A DNA stretch of 63,579 bases, filler included, from Globobulimina sp. (taxonomy: Eukaryota), in NCBI GenBank assembly GCA_003354225.1. It is 36 parts of 36 records of this genome, joined end to end, with 100 filler letters (N's around TTAATTAATTAA, not from the genome) between each part and the next. Parts side by side here need not be neighbours in the genome. Positions count along the whole stretch, not along the records: positions 10,621 to 12,290 come from PIVH01013356.1; positions 12,391 to 14,060 come from PIVH01013357.1; positions 14,161 to 15,830 come from PIVH01013358.1; positions 15,931 to 17,600 come from PIVH01013359.1; positions 17,701 to 19,369 come from PIVH01013360.1; positions 19,470 to 21,138 come from PIVH01013361.1; positions 21,239 to 22,907 come from PIVH01013362.1; 29 more parts are not named here. One strand, 5' to 3'. Made by a program: the position numbers and the translations under genes. The notes under the pieces are model-generated. The model did not search any database and had not been told where the DNA came from. It was given only the letters and a program-made list of their open reading frames with translations. Below, in pieces: positions 10,983 through 23,007 of this stretch (position 1 is its first letter; each line of letters starts with the position of its first letter).

Positions 10983-11694
10983 TTTGTGGGTTTATTAATT
11001 TATGGATTCCAAAGTTTCAATGCAAACTTGTAAGCTTTCAACAGATCGCATGACCGAGTCAATGAACAATATTAAAGCGAGGGAAACATGCATTTCTGAA
11101 TACAAATCTGTGTTTTTATATATTGTGATTTAGGATGAGATCAGCGCCAATTTAGCCAAATGATAATATTTGTTGTACTTTTCTCTGTGCCCTCAAACTT
11201 TCCCTCCTTTATAACAATTTCATTAATTTGAATTCACACAAATTGGCGTCATGAATACACACGATTTTCTCACCGGATTTTCTGGAAAAAACAAAATTTT
11301 AAAAAAGTTTAAATTCTGTTCAAATGCATATCCAATTCATGTATTAAATTAAATTTTCTTTTTGTATGTTGTTTATGTTGGTGTTGTTGATGATATTCTT
11401 CGTCAAATTTATCCGTAGTATCAATATAAAGTGTGTGAGAAACCGATAGTTTCTCATATTTTAACTGGTTTCTCGTTAGAAACTATAGACAATACACATC
11501 AACAAACATCACCATATGGTTGGATTTGGATCAATTGATTGTTATCGTGTTAACGTAGAAAACACAAACGAAAATTCGGGTTTCTCATATTGGTTTTTCA
11601 CGTTTGTTTGCACAAAAAACGTGTGGTGAGAAAGTCGTGTATTCTCATCCTAAATTGCCATATTTAATATAAATTCCATTAATAAACTCACAAA
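10983..11694. repeat. Nested imperfect inverted repeats (MITE/foldback-like)
   Basis: 10983-10999 vs 11678-11694 (16/17); 11128-11140 vs 11643-11655 (13/13, 21/25 extended); internal GAGAAAC/GTTTCTC motifs. Confidence 0.55.
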
Positions 11695-12044
11695 TAAATG
11701 GATTGGATATACAACGTTGGCTCTCCGCCTTGAGAGCTTCCAGAAAATATACACCGCCTTGAGATTTCTAATGTTAATGAGCGTATTTTCTGGAGGCTCT
11801 CCAGTTTGATTGTGTTGGATTTAATCGTTTTAACTGTATTGAATGGTGGTTTTGGTGTGATTTTGATTGCAGGGATTCAATTGTTTTTGTATGCGGTGTT
11901 GACTAAATCCTGCTTAGCAGCACAATTTGTTGTGACTAATATCTACGGGACAAAAGCATTAAAATACTTAGTCAAAGTTTTATTTGAGCTGGTTGTGTTT
12001 GCAAAGACTTATCAGTTTAAAATCAAGTCAATAGCTGTTGAATA

Positions 12045-12290
12045 CTAATTTTGTTTTTTATCCACAATCTCACCACAATCCGCAATAGTAATTTTAGCCC
12101 GTGGCTGTCCAGATGATTGTCCATAGCTTTCAATTTTATTCACAACCTTTTTACTCTCATCACCCAATACTTTGCCAAAAACAACATGTTTCCCATTTAA
12201 CCAATGCGTTGCTTTGGTTGTAATAAAGAATTGCGAGCCATTGGTATTCCTGCCACTATTCGCCATGGATAGATAGTAAGGCGCAACATG
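12045..12290 (-). CDS. Cyclophilin-type peptidyl-prolyl isomerase, C-terminal part
   Basis: [38 protein letters not shown]. Confidence 0.97.
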   Translation of the reverse strand, partial: HVAPYYLSMANSGRNTNGSQFFITTKATHWLNGKHVVFGKVLGDESKKVVNKIESYGQSSGQPRAKITIADCGEIVDKKQN

Positions 12291-12390
12291 NNNNNNNNNN
12301 NNNNNNNNNNNNNNNNNNNNNNNNNNNNNNNNNNTTAATTAATTAANNNNNNNNNNNNNNNNNNNNNNNNNNNNNNNNNNNNNNNNNNNN

Positions 12391-14060
12391 ATAGAAAATG
12401 TCGAATCGGGTCATATTAAACACACAAAAAAGTTAATTAAACAAAACAATACTTATAAAATATCAAACAATACGACAATGACATCAATGACGTACCGCGC
12501 ATCATATCAACTAAAAACCAAAGTATTTTTATTTTTAAATTGCTGCAAGAAATTCTTGCGGTGATAATTTTTATGCCATTGCTTCTGTTGACGTATATCA
12601 ATGAACTCAGAACTTTGCTTGGCTTTTGATTGTTTGCCACATGTTTGCTTTGTTTGATGTTATAGTTGCGATTCTGCGTATTTGTTAGTGGTAGTTATTG
12701 GAGGGTTGAATAAATTTTGTATTGGACCATGTTTTGTTGTGTCCATCGTAGATATTTTACGCGATGGCAACAGCAATTCGCCATTGGGAGTTGGCATTCG
12801 TTGCACTTCCGCAGATGTTCGTGTTGATGATTTCGTTGATAAAAGAATTGGCATTGTTCTGATTCGAATGCTCTCAAATTATTCTCAGCAATTAAATTTC
12901 TTCTCGTTTCGGTATAAATATTAATCGAATGATCAATATCTTTATCTGTTACTTCGTTAAATGTAACAAATGCAGTAATTTCTCTTGAAAGTTGTTGATA
13001 AATAGGTGTGTGATTTGTGATTGTACGAACTGCTTCGTTATGTTGAATCTCTTCGTATTCGGCTTGCGTAATGAAGAATGAATCGGCCAGGTTGTGTCTT
13101 GTGACTGTATTGCCTGCTTAATTGAATAAAAAAGCTAATATATCGACGTGTAATTGACTGTGCTCGCGATGGAGACTATAAACAGTTAATGATACTGTCG
13201 TTATGTATGAATCAGCTTCGAAGTAGTCAAGTATTATTGGCAAGGTGCCATTGAGAAGTTGAGAAGTTGAGAAGACAAAATCTTGTATCATTTGTATTAT
13301 ATCTATTTTTAGTTTAATAGTACAATGCGTTCATAAAATTCCAAATTCCAATAGTATATTTAATATGGATTTGTTTTAACGATATATTCCAAAAGATAAC
13401 CCCCCCCCCTTTGTATACAGAAAATTCAATTATAAATTTGTTCTGACTTTGTCTGGATTTGCAAACCCAAGACAAACCTATAGCAAAGCGTTTCTGGATT
13501 TGAAAAGCGTTTTTCAGATAATTGAACCAAATGTATACAACTTATCGACCAGGAGGTGGGGGTTATCTTTTTAATAGCATCGTTTAACGATATTCCAAAA
13601 AATACCCCCTGTTCGATAAGTTGTTTACATTTGGTTCAGTTATACTTTTTATACAGAAACTGTTTGCTATATCTTTACGTTGGGTTCGTTCTGTGTTTCC
13701 TATAACTTTGCCTTGGGTTTGCAAATCCAGAACAACAAATGTATAAATGAATGGACTGTATACAAATGGGGTGGAGTTATCCAAACTGTAGGCTTACTAA
13801 AACAATTCTATCTAACAAGGTGGAGACAGATATCATACTAAATCTGGTATGGTACAAACCCACATGTAATTCAAACATATTTGTACGTACATCTCAGATA
13901 CATATATACAGCAATACGTATACACATGGCACATATTTAAAATAGAAAATGTCGAATCGGGTCATATTAAACACACAAAAAAGTTAATTAAACAAAACAA
14001 TACTTATAAAATATCAAACAATACGACAATGACATCAATGACGTACCGCGCATCATATCA
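12391..14060. repeat. Terminally redundant contig: 1,551-bp unit (tandem repeat or circle)
   Basis: 12391-12508 is repeated at 13942-14060, differing by one A in a homopolymer. Confidence 0.9.
13375..13782. repeat. ~400-bp imperfect palindrome made of two inverted ~200-bp MITE-like units
   Basis: TCTGGATTTGCAAACCCAAG and TGAACCAAATGT.ACAACTTATCGA occur in both orientations around the centre ATCGTTTAACGAT (13579-13591). The left unit has its own TIRs, AAAAGATAACCCCC and GGGGGTTATCTTTT. Confidence 0.85.
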
Positions 14061-14160
14061 NNNNNNNNNNNNNNNNNNNNNNNNNNNNNNNNNNNNNNNN
14101 NNNNTTAATTAATTAANNNNNNNNNNNNNNNNNNNNNNNNNNNNNNNNNNNNNNNNNNNN

Positions 14161-14429
14161 ACATGAACCAAGGACAGATATCTTTAATTAAAGAATTTTT
14201 ATCATTTGACATATATCAATCTTTAGGCAAATTAACGTATATAATGTATTTATTACATTTATTAGTGATTGCGTGGTGGGAAACTGATTTAGAATTCCCA
14301 ATATATTATACTGTATGGAATGAATTATTATTACTTATTGGTGTTTGGTTTATTACTGCTTTTATCAGTATCATAATGTGGATTTGTATGGAAAAACCGA
14401 TTACAAATTTAACAAATTCATTCATTTAA
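14161..14429 (+). CDS. Acyltransferase-3 (NRF-6/OafA-like) membrane protein, C-terminal fragment
   Basis: FLSFDIYQSLGKLTYIMYLLH ... MEKPI motif. Confidence 0.8.
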
Positions 14430-14760
14430 TTTAACAAAAAAAACCATATCAAAAAAGTTATATTATTAATCAAAATGACCAACAATTATTATTTAATCAA
14501 CACGAAAATAATGATGAAAAAGAAAACGTTCCTGTATTTCAAGTGCGCAAAGGGTAAACTGATATCAAAACTTTAAATTTTTTTTGTGTGTGCAATTAAA
14601 CCGTTTAATAGTCAACTATTTAGAATTCGATGCTGAGTAACTTGTTTCCAAAAACACAGTTTGAATATGAATACAGTGCATGATACCTTTGTTCTGGGAA
14701 TTACATCTACATCATCCTCGCTGTCATCTTTATTTTCATCTTTTTTTTTTCAAAAATATA

Positions 14761-15163
14761 GCAATTTCGGGAAAAATAATGACCGAAATTCCAGAAATTA
14801 GCCGCGAACATGGAAATCATCAAAATTGAATCAAGCATCAATTAGGATAGCTATCACTTGGTATTAATACAGGTTCATACATAACCTTATTTGAAAAAAA
14901 TAGTACATCAAAAAAGTACATGACCAACAACTAAACTTAAGTTGTATACTATATTTACTATTTTGAGCTCAGATATGATAGACACAAACACAAAATATTG
15001 ACATAATTGCCCGAATTGTTATTGAAACATAAATGGTTATGTGGGAACCTGTATTAATACCAACTGATCGCAATCACATCAGATGCTTGATCCAATTTTG
15101 ATGATTTCGCCACGTTCAAGGCCAATTACAGAATTTTCGACATTTTTTACGCGACAATAATGC
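14761..15163. mobile_element. Foldback/MITE with ~110-bp diverged terminal inverted repeats
   Basis: 14778-14886 vs 15035-15144 share GAAATCATCAAAATTG.ATCAAGCATC and TTGGTATTAATACAGGTTC..ACATAACC. Confidence 0.75.
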
Positions 15164-15167
15164 ACTC

Positions 15168-15460
15168 TCAAACTATATTCGTACAACGCAAAAATACATA
15201 GACGTCGCACGAGTCCATACCACTGCCATCGTCACCATCGTTATCGTCATCAGACGCATCTGAGTCATCATCATTTACCCATAGTTCATCGGTTTCATCG
15301 CTCCATCTCTCCTCCGGTTCACTCGGCACATCTGAGCCATCGCTACTATCGGAATCATCCTCATCATCTACCTCTTCAACTAAATCATCAAAGCGTATAA
15401 ATTCACCAACGTAGCTCTTGATTCTCATCGTTTTCCAACAAGGCTCTGATACCATAACAC
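15168..15460 (-). CDS. Acidic exon of an unidentified gene
   Basis: D/E/S-rich open frame with codon-like periodicity; no domain recognised. Confidence 0.35.
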
Positions 15461-16072
15461 CTAAATGATAATAAGACAGAAAATTCAAGAAATATATACA
15501 AATATAACTGCGAAAATGGAAGCTCGGAATGTCTAAACATTCCCATTGGATATGAAGGGTATGCAATTAAACAGATGGACATTAAAATAGCAAATATAAA
15601 AAAAAGCATCAATGAATTGCATGCATGGATTTAGCCCATTTGCAGTGCAAAATAATGAAGGATTATATCAATACTTAGCATATCGTATATTGGTTTAATT
15701 CATTACCGCCGAAAATCAGTATAGTCGTAGCATTGAAATACGACAAAATGTTAAGGGAATTACTATCGATGATGGGGGGTTTTATCTTATCTGATGATGA
15801 ATTTATGCAATGTAGTGTTTCTGCGAAAAANNNNNNNNNNNNNNNNNNNNNNNNNNNNNNNNNNNNNNNNNNNNTTAATTAATTAANNNNNNNNNNNNNN
15901 NNNNNNNNNNNNNNNNNNNNNNNNNNNNNNGGAAGTAACTCAATACTTTAGCTAAAGTGTGCGAGGATAATGTGTACAGTTTCAAACGTATTCCTGTCCC
16001 AAACGTATTTTGGGATTTTTGGTAGCAGCAGTTTTGAAAACGTTGTTTTATACTAAAATTTTACAATTTTAA

Positions 16073-17246
16073 TCATCTGTAAGACATATACAATTTTAAG
16101 TCGTTCAATTTAATTCGCGAAGGTAATGAAGTCAATGGAGTAAGTTCATCAGTAATAGTTTTATTATATTCTTCAAACTCAGATTTTAAACCTTTTTTCG
16201 TTGATGATTTGTTTGATAAATGCGTCGATATATTTGGTTCGCTTTCTTCATTTATTTTATCACCAAATGTCAGCATACCAACACCAAAAAAGGAGACAGC
16301 CACAGCAGCACCAAACAACTTAATAAATAGTGGTGTCATTAATTCCAATTCATTGAAAAACACGGCAGCAAATACTATAACACCCAAAATAAAAAAAAAT
16401 GTATATATCGAACCAACAAAGTTGCCAGGATACGCTTTGAGTGCTTCTTCCCTCCAAAATTCAGCTGTTAACTTTGAAAAACAGATTAATATAAATATGA
16501 TATATGATATCCAATGTTTCATATTTTCCCTATTTGCGTCAATAGAGGCAACGGACGATGTTACTATGTCAATAAAGCATTTTATAAATAAAATATTCCA
16601 CGAAGCAAAGAAACCGCTCATAAATACATATGATAATAATAAAAATCTCTCATTGTTTATGATAAATTTAAGCAAAATATAATCCATTAAAGCCATAAAA
16701 ATAATAACAATTGAAAATATGATAAAATTTAATGATTTAAATAACTGCTCAATGTCAGATGCAGTGTATGAGGATTCTTTTGCTTTGGGCCCAAACGCGA
16801 CGGCGAAGGCACAGCCAATTATCATTATTATAGTTCCCGCAATTTGTATTTTGTTTAATTTTTCATGCAAGAATTTCCACGCAAATATGGTGTTAAATGC
16901 AAGCGTTGCTGATTGCAATGGCATCAATAATGCGGCATTTCCAAATGCCAACGAGGCACTAAATAATGCTGTACCAAATATATGTGTTACAAATCCGAAC
17001 CACCAACGACAGGAACATAAATATTTTAATTTTTCAGGTTCTTCTCGATCTCGCAAATCGGACTGGATATTTGTATGAGTTCCTTTTTCTATCACCTGTT
17101 ATATATTGAAAGTTCAATGTATGGTATGGTATGACAGAGATAATGCATTTAGCGACCCATCCTGTAGCATCTATTAAAGAGCCGACAAGTGCCATCAGTA
17201 CCGCTATCCACCAAAACGTGCCATCTGTGGTGGTATACGTACCCAT
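16073..17246 (-). CDS. NIPA-like magnesium transporter (DMT superfamily), complete; intron 17096-17156
   Basis: Spliced DATGW|VIEKGTH, WWFGF, SLAFGNAALLMPL, FLHEKL, FGPK; about 9 TM segments. Confidence 0.85.
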
Positions 17247-17700
17247 TATTTGATGATAATTGTTTGGTGCAAATAAGATTTTTCAGAGACAGGAAACTCT
17301 TCAAAAAAACTCAATTTTGAGACAGAGAAGCAAACAAAAACACGAACAAGTTGGCTCATTTAAATCTGAAATCATATATCAGTACCTTTATAATCTGAAA
17401 TCATAGCGCACAAATATCGGAGTACATTTTTAATTACTCTGAAATCATAAGGCAAAAATACCATTTTTAGCTTGTCAATGACAATGTGTATGCTTATAAA
17501 AATTGAATTAATAGATAGTATAAAAGAAATCAGACACAAAAAAGTAAACAAACCAATATAAAATCGGTAACAATAAAAAAATTAAAACTAATTTCCCTAA
17601 NNNNNNNNNNNNNNNNNNNNNNNNNNNNNNNNNNNNNNNNNNNNTTAATTAATTAANNNNNNNNNNNNNNNNNNNNNNNNNNNNNNNNNNNNNNNNNNNN

Positions 17701-18519
17701 AGAACGGCTGTATGTCATAAAAGTATCACTTTCTTTTTTTTCTTGAACATATTGTCTTTCTTCGACTTGACTCGAATGTTTACTTAAAATAAGTTTTTGA
17801 TGATTGCTGAGCTGTTCATGTTTGAGTAATACACGAAACGAGTTACAGCATTCACTGATTAATAACTTAAAGATGTTCAGATCGTATGTTTGCTTCATAT
17901 CGCAAAGGATATCAATAATATTGGTGGCGTGATGAATTATTAAAGTCAACAATCTGACCGCGGCAAATTGTTCTAAAAACGTTATAGTTTTACGTTTGTT
18001 ACACGTCAAAATATCCAATGATGTCTTGATAATATTCGTTTCTTTGACGATTATATCAATATTATTTACATCCTGCCCCATACAAAGATGACCCATGACA
18101 CGCAATGCATAATAAACACATACTGCGTGACGACCGTTATTTTTGCTCATCCATTCTGAGTCTTTGTATTTTTCAATAATTGTCATCAATAATTTATGTA
18201 CTTCGACACCCTTTGAAATCCAGGAAGCTTCGAGTTTTCTTCTTTTATCCAAGCTATAACTTGAACGAACATTTTCGCCGTCATTGGTAAATTCCATGGT
18301 GAAATTGCCTAAATAATAATGCAAGTAACATAAATTGCATTCAATTAAATAAGATATTTCCGGATTTGCATCGTCTAAATGTGTTTGAATAAAGTTCAAC
18401 ACATTGCAAATATCAATTTCATTTCGTGCTGCTCCATTTTGACAATTTAATGCTTTCAAACTTGATCGTTTAAGATCAGTTTGCTGTAACACTGTAGATT
18501 CAGGCAGAAACGAATCCAT
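17701..18519 (-). CDS. Hypothetical helical (ARM/HEAT-like) protein, 3' truncated
   Basis: Long ORF from ATG 18519 with amphipathic helices. Confidence 0.55.
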
Positions 18520-18668
18520 TTTTTGTAGATAAAGATATTTTTAGAGGATTATGTGTCTGTGATTGTATATATATATAATAAATTGTTTGCGATTATGAAT
18601 TTAGCATTTTCTGAGATCTCAATGGTATAATACAGTAAGGAAGTAAAAAGTTTTTTGTCGTGTCAATA

Positions 18669-19369
18669 ATGGCATCTGTGTCTCTGTCTAACGCAACGCC
18701 CTCAAAAGGTAAAGGTTTGACTGATGATGAAAAGAGTTTAATTTTGGAGAACTATGGAAAATTAACGCATTATTTTGAAAAGTCAAAATATTTGGATGTC
18801 AATGTTGATGCTGAATATGAGCATGAATGTAAATTTGCCATACAGTTTTTTCAAGATGAAAAAATTAAAATAGCCGCATCCAAATTACGTAAAATACGTT
18901 TATGGATTGAATGTGGATCATGGTTAGTCGTAAATGTCTGGAATAAAATGCAAAATATTGTCAAATTGCTAGCTGCAGCAAAATGCATGATCCATGATTT
19001 AAATATCTCTTTGACGCATGACGAAAACATTGAAAATACGAATTTTAAAACCAGACAATATTTGTTTGAGGCATTTATGGAATTAATTGTAGAATCTTCA
19101 AACTATAAATTAAAGTTTATCAATTTTAACATTGATGGCATTGAAAATGATTTAAATGAAATCTATATTGCATATTTAATCAAATTATTAATGCCAACAA
19201 ATAAAGAGAGCAACATCACCACTTTAAATCTATCAATATTTGGAAACAATATGTTTGATTATTTTTGTGAGCATCCGAATAACGAAAAGAACTGTTTCTC
19301 CTATGTGATTATTACAACCTCGACATTAAAATCATTAGCCATCAAATCTGAAAACATTTCTATAAATAA
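18669..19369 (+). CDS. Hypothetical protein, 3' truncated, divergent from the previous gene
   Basis: Long ORF; weak LRR-like segments (ITTLNLS, LKSLAI). Confidence 0.55.
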
Positions 19370-19479
19370 NNNNNNNNNNNNNNNNNNNNNNNNNNNNNNN
19401 NNNNNNNNNNNNNTTAATTAATTAANNNNNNNNNNNNNNNNNNNNNNNNNNNNNNNNNNNNNNNNNNNNCCTTTTACAT

Positions 19480-20049
19480 TTAGATGAGTTTAACAATGAG
19501 TTCTTTCATTTTGTCGTCGGTGATTCCGTGATCAGGGTCAGTTTGACAGAAATGTTCATTGAATCCAGGTATGCTTTTTGCTTTGCTATTTCTACCCAGT
19601 TTCATATCATCGACAGCAACCCAATGCGTCACATTATACATTTCTTTGACAGTCCATAAAAAATCCATTATTTCCTCAGATCGCACACCATTTTCGTTTT
19701 TACTATAATCTGGATCTAAGTCTTTAGTATCACCCATATATACATTACTTTCCTCATTTATATCATTATATATCTTAATCGATGTCCATTCTCTCATTTT
19801 TTTAAATAAATATTTCTTTGAGACCTTATCCGTTCTCCACGCTGATGACAATACAATGTTGCATTTTGTTTCTCGAATAATGTTTGCCAATCTCTCAATG
19901 ATATGTCGATCCACTGAATCGTCACTGATTGTGTTATATGTATTTAGTACACCATCAACATCTAAAAATAGCAACTTGATATCCTCCAACTTATCTTGTT
20001 TTTTCTCTTCTTTTTTCTCTTCTTCATCCACATTAGCCTTATTATTCAT
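19480..20049 (-). CDS. HAD-superfamily protein (HAD_SAK_2 / RNA-repair-like HAD)
   Basis: LFLDVDGVLN, IVLSSAWR, RSEEI, WVAVDD, TDPDHGIT. Confidence 0.85.
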   Translation of the reverse strand: MNNKANVDEEEKKEEKKQDKLEDIKLLFLDVDGVLNTYNTISDDSVDRHIIERLANIIRETKCNIVLSSAWRTDKVSKKYLFKKMREWTSIKIYNDINEESNVYMGDTKDLDPDYSKNENGVRSEEIMDFLWTVKEMYNVTHWVAVDDMKLGRNSKAKSIPGFNEHFCQTDPDHGITDDKMKELIVKLI

Positions 20050-20086
20050 GTTTTACTTCGCGTTTTTTTTACTAAACAAGTGTCAA

Positions 20087-20928
20087 ATGTTTACAAACCA
20101 AACCCTCTTTATTTTGGATGAACTGATCGATACACTTTCTATCCGATCAACGGCAGACAATTACCAAAGAAAAATACCTCGTTTGATATTGTTTGACATT
20201 GATGGAACATTAATTTATTCACAACATAAATTATGCGATGCCCCAATTGTTAAAGCAGTGGCCCAAGCATTTAACAATGCAAATATCAAACGAAATGGTT
20301 TACCATTTTCTGGCAAGACGGACAGAGGAATAATACGGGATTTATTGGCGGTTAACAATGTGCAATTTGATGAGAATAAAGTGAATGAAACAATTGAATT
20401 GCTACCAAATATAATGAATAAAGAGACTGAAATGAAAAATGCTGTGTATTGCACACAATTGAATGCCATTAAATTATTAAATTGGATGTATTATCAAAAA
20501 GATCGGATATTGTTTGTGGTTTATTGACAGGAAATATCCATAAAAATGTTGACATTAAGTTAGGAAATGCAGATAAAGCGTTTTTGAAATATTTCGCTAA
20601 ATTAAACAATAATGACTATATTGGCGGATTTGGCTCGGATGATGAAATGAGAAATAATTTGATACCGTTTGCGAAGAAACGATATGCACAATATTTAAAT
20701 ATTGATATAAACAAAATCAATAATAATACAGATTTGATTGTGATTGGCGACACTCTGCGAGATGTGGAATGTGCGCATGTTAATAATGTTGCCGCCATTG
20801 CAATCGCAACCGGTAAGTTTAGTGTGCAACAATTAAAAACAGCAAATCCTAATGGATTGCTAAAGGATTTTAGTGATATTAATCAAGCCATAGACTTATT
20901 ATGCAACACTAACTTTGACTCAACTTAA
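20087..20928 (+). CDS. HAD phosphatase (phosphoglycolate-phosphatase-like), frameshifted near 20480
   Basis: LFDIDGTL and GKTD in one frame; GLLTGN, GGFGSD and VIGDTLRDVECA in another; ATTAAATT duplication at the junction. Confidence 0.85.
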
Positions 20929-20979
20929 ATACTTCACCGTTTTTCTTTTGCAATGTGTATCAAGTCAGGAAGCTAAATC

Positions 20980-21138
20980 ATGCTGATTCCAGTCCGTTGT
21001 TTTACATGCGGCAAAGTGGTAGGGAATAAATGGGAGAGTTATTTGAAATTATTGCAAGCAGATTACACAGCCGGAGAAGCATTATCTGCGCTAAAATTGC
21101 ATAGATATTGTTGTAGGAGAATGTTGTTGACGCATGTT
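20980..21138 (+). CDS. RPB10: RNA polymerase I/II/III shared subunit RPABC5, 3' truncated
   Basis: [18 protein letters not shown]...[12 protein letters not shown]. Confidence 0.97.
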
Positions 21139-21238
21139 NNNNNNNNNNNNNNNNNNNNNNNNNNNNNNNNNNNNNNNNNNNNTTAATTAATTAANNNNNN
21201 NNNNNNNNNNNNNNNNNNNNNNNNNNNNNNNNNNNNNN

Positions 21239-22131
21239 CATTTATTAAAAACACGAAATTATTCGATTTAAATCCGAAAAACGCGGCGGTTTCATTGTCA
21301 AATTCTATCATTGTACAATCGTTAAATACGCATTTCCCGCAAATTAAACATATCAAATACCCAACGAACGGCGTACGAGCTATGGAAACGGACATAATCT
21401 CACCGAGATGGGTTGATATTAATACCTGTAAATGCAGAACATTAAAATCCGAAAACGGACAAGATATTAAACGCGAAATCATGAAAAACCATGCAAATAA
21501 ATTACAGTATTTTAATGATTTGGAGCCGGACGATGTAGTGAGTTGGATCCATGCATTGGAAGGAAAAAAGGCAATGAAAAAAAAAGATCGCGACACGCAA
21601 AGATGTGCGACTATATTGATAGGCATTGCAGATAGACACAAAAGGAGACCCATTGCGGGCATTATCCACTGTCCATTCAGTGGGGAGACTGTGATTGGTA
21701 TCCCAGATATTGGCACCTGGCCATATAACTTCACTGTGTCCAATATGAGCCATACAAAATACCATTCGAAGCGGATTGTTATTGCAAACTATCAACATAC
21801 GAATGAGGTAAAGCAGTATTTAAATACGAATGTTGCGTGCAAGAAACGGGATTTGTTGGGGCTGGAAGGTGGAATGGGTAATAATGTGTTGTTGTTGATG
21901 CAAAATGAATATGATGTATTTTTGCACGCGGATCATACGGATACATATAAGTGGGATACCTGTGCGTGCGAAGCGGTTATATTGTCGTTAGGTGGTGATT
22001 TTACGCAGTTGGATGGGAAAGAACTTGAATATACGGATTTGACTACCAAGCTTAAAAAAGGATTTGTTGCGACTTTGTATGGTACGGAATATCATAAACA
22101 GTTTCAATATAAGGAGCAATTTAATTATTGA
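21239..22131 (+). CDS. Inositol monophosphatase/BPNT-family protein with a degenerate active site
   Basis: TILIGIA..PIAGIIHCPF, GGMGN, YKWDTCACEAVILSLGGDFTQLDG; WIHALEGK where WxDPLDGT is expected. Confidence 0.8.
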
Positions 22132-23007
22132 ACAGTTTTTGTTTTTGTGTTTGAATATTTGATATTTAATGTATTTCTACTTTTTTCCAATTGTTTTCTG
22201 TTTTTGTTATAAGGAACGAATTCAAACGTTTCTTTGCTTTTATATTTGACAATTTTTTTTTTATTTTGTTTGTGTTGGATGTTTTTTGTAAACGAAAATA
22301 TTTTGTTAATTTTATGTGTGATATTTAGGTGGGTTCCTTTTTAAAAAATGATTTTGCTTTTTTATTAATAATAACTTTAGTTTTGTTTATTTTTGTAATA
22401 ATTGCACATATCATCGTATTTATTTTTTATTTATGTGCTATTGTTAATTTCATTTTGCCATATCATATCATATCATATCATATTCATATGTGTCTCACTT
22501 TGTTTTTTTTTATTATTTTCTATTGTTTATGCATAAATTGCAGTTATTTTGACCAATAAAACAGCTTATAATATGAACGAGATGCACTTGGGAAACGGTG
22601 TGCTTTTTTAGAATCAGACTGTAATACTAAATAAAAACAAACAACATACAAATAAAATATACAAAAATAATAATTAATCATCATATGAGATCACATCAAA
22701 CAAACAAACATATCGTCTAAAATACAGAAAAATAACATGCACACATCAATAAATGTAATATGTTATTTTCTGTTTGAAATGGTTAATCTATTTGCAATCC
22801 GGATTTGTTTTACAATATTTTTCAAATAGGAACAAAAATATTTGAATAATATTAGAGTCAATCTAATATAAGATGTCAATATTTTGACATTTTTGAGAAT
22901 TTTTTGTNNNNNNNNNNNNNNNNNNNNNNNNNNNNNNNNNNNNNNNNNNNNTTAATTAATTAANNNNNNNNNNNNNNNNNNNNNNNNNNNNNNNNNNNNN
23001 NNNNNNN

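Noticed and set aside
12437..13292. Long frame with only TAA interruptions, suggesting a TAA=Gln genetic code
   Set aside because: The strand is A/C-rich, so stops are rare in several frames; there is no homologue to test against, and other genes here end in TAA.
16209..17078. Long plus-strand ORFs opposite the NIPA gene (similar antisense ORFs occur elsewhere)
   Set aside because: Antisense shadows of real genes, with no motifs.
19856..20086. Apparent overlap of the two HAD genes in the ORF track
   Set aside because: The extension starts at a non-ATG codon antisense to the other gene; the first plausible start outside the overlap is ATG 20087.
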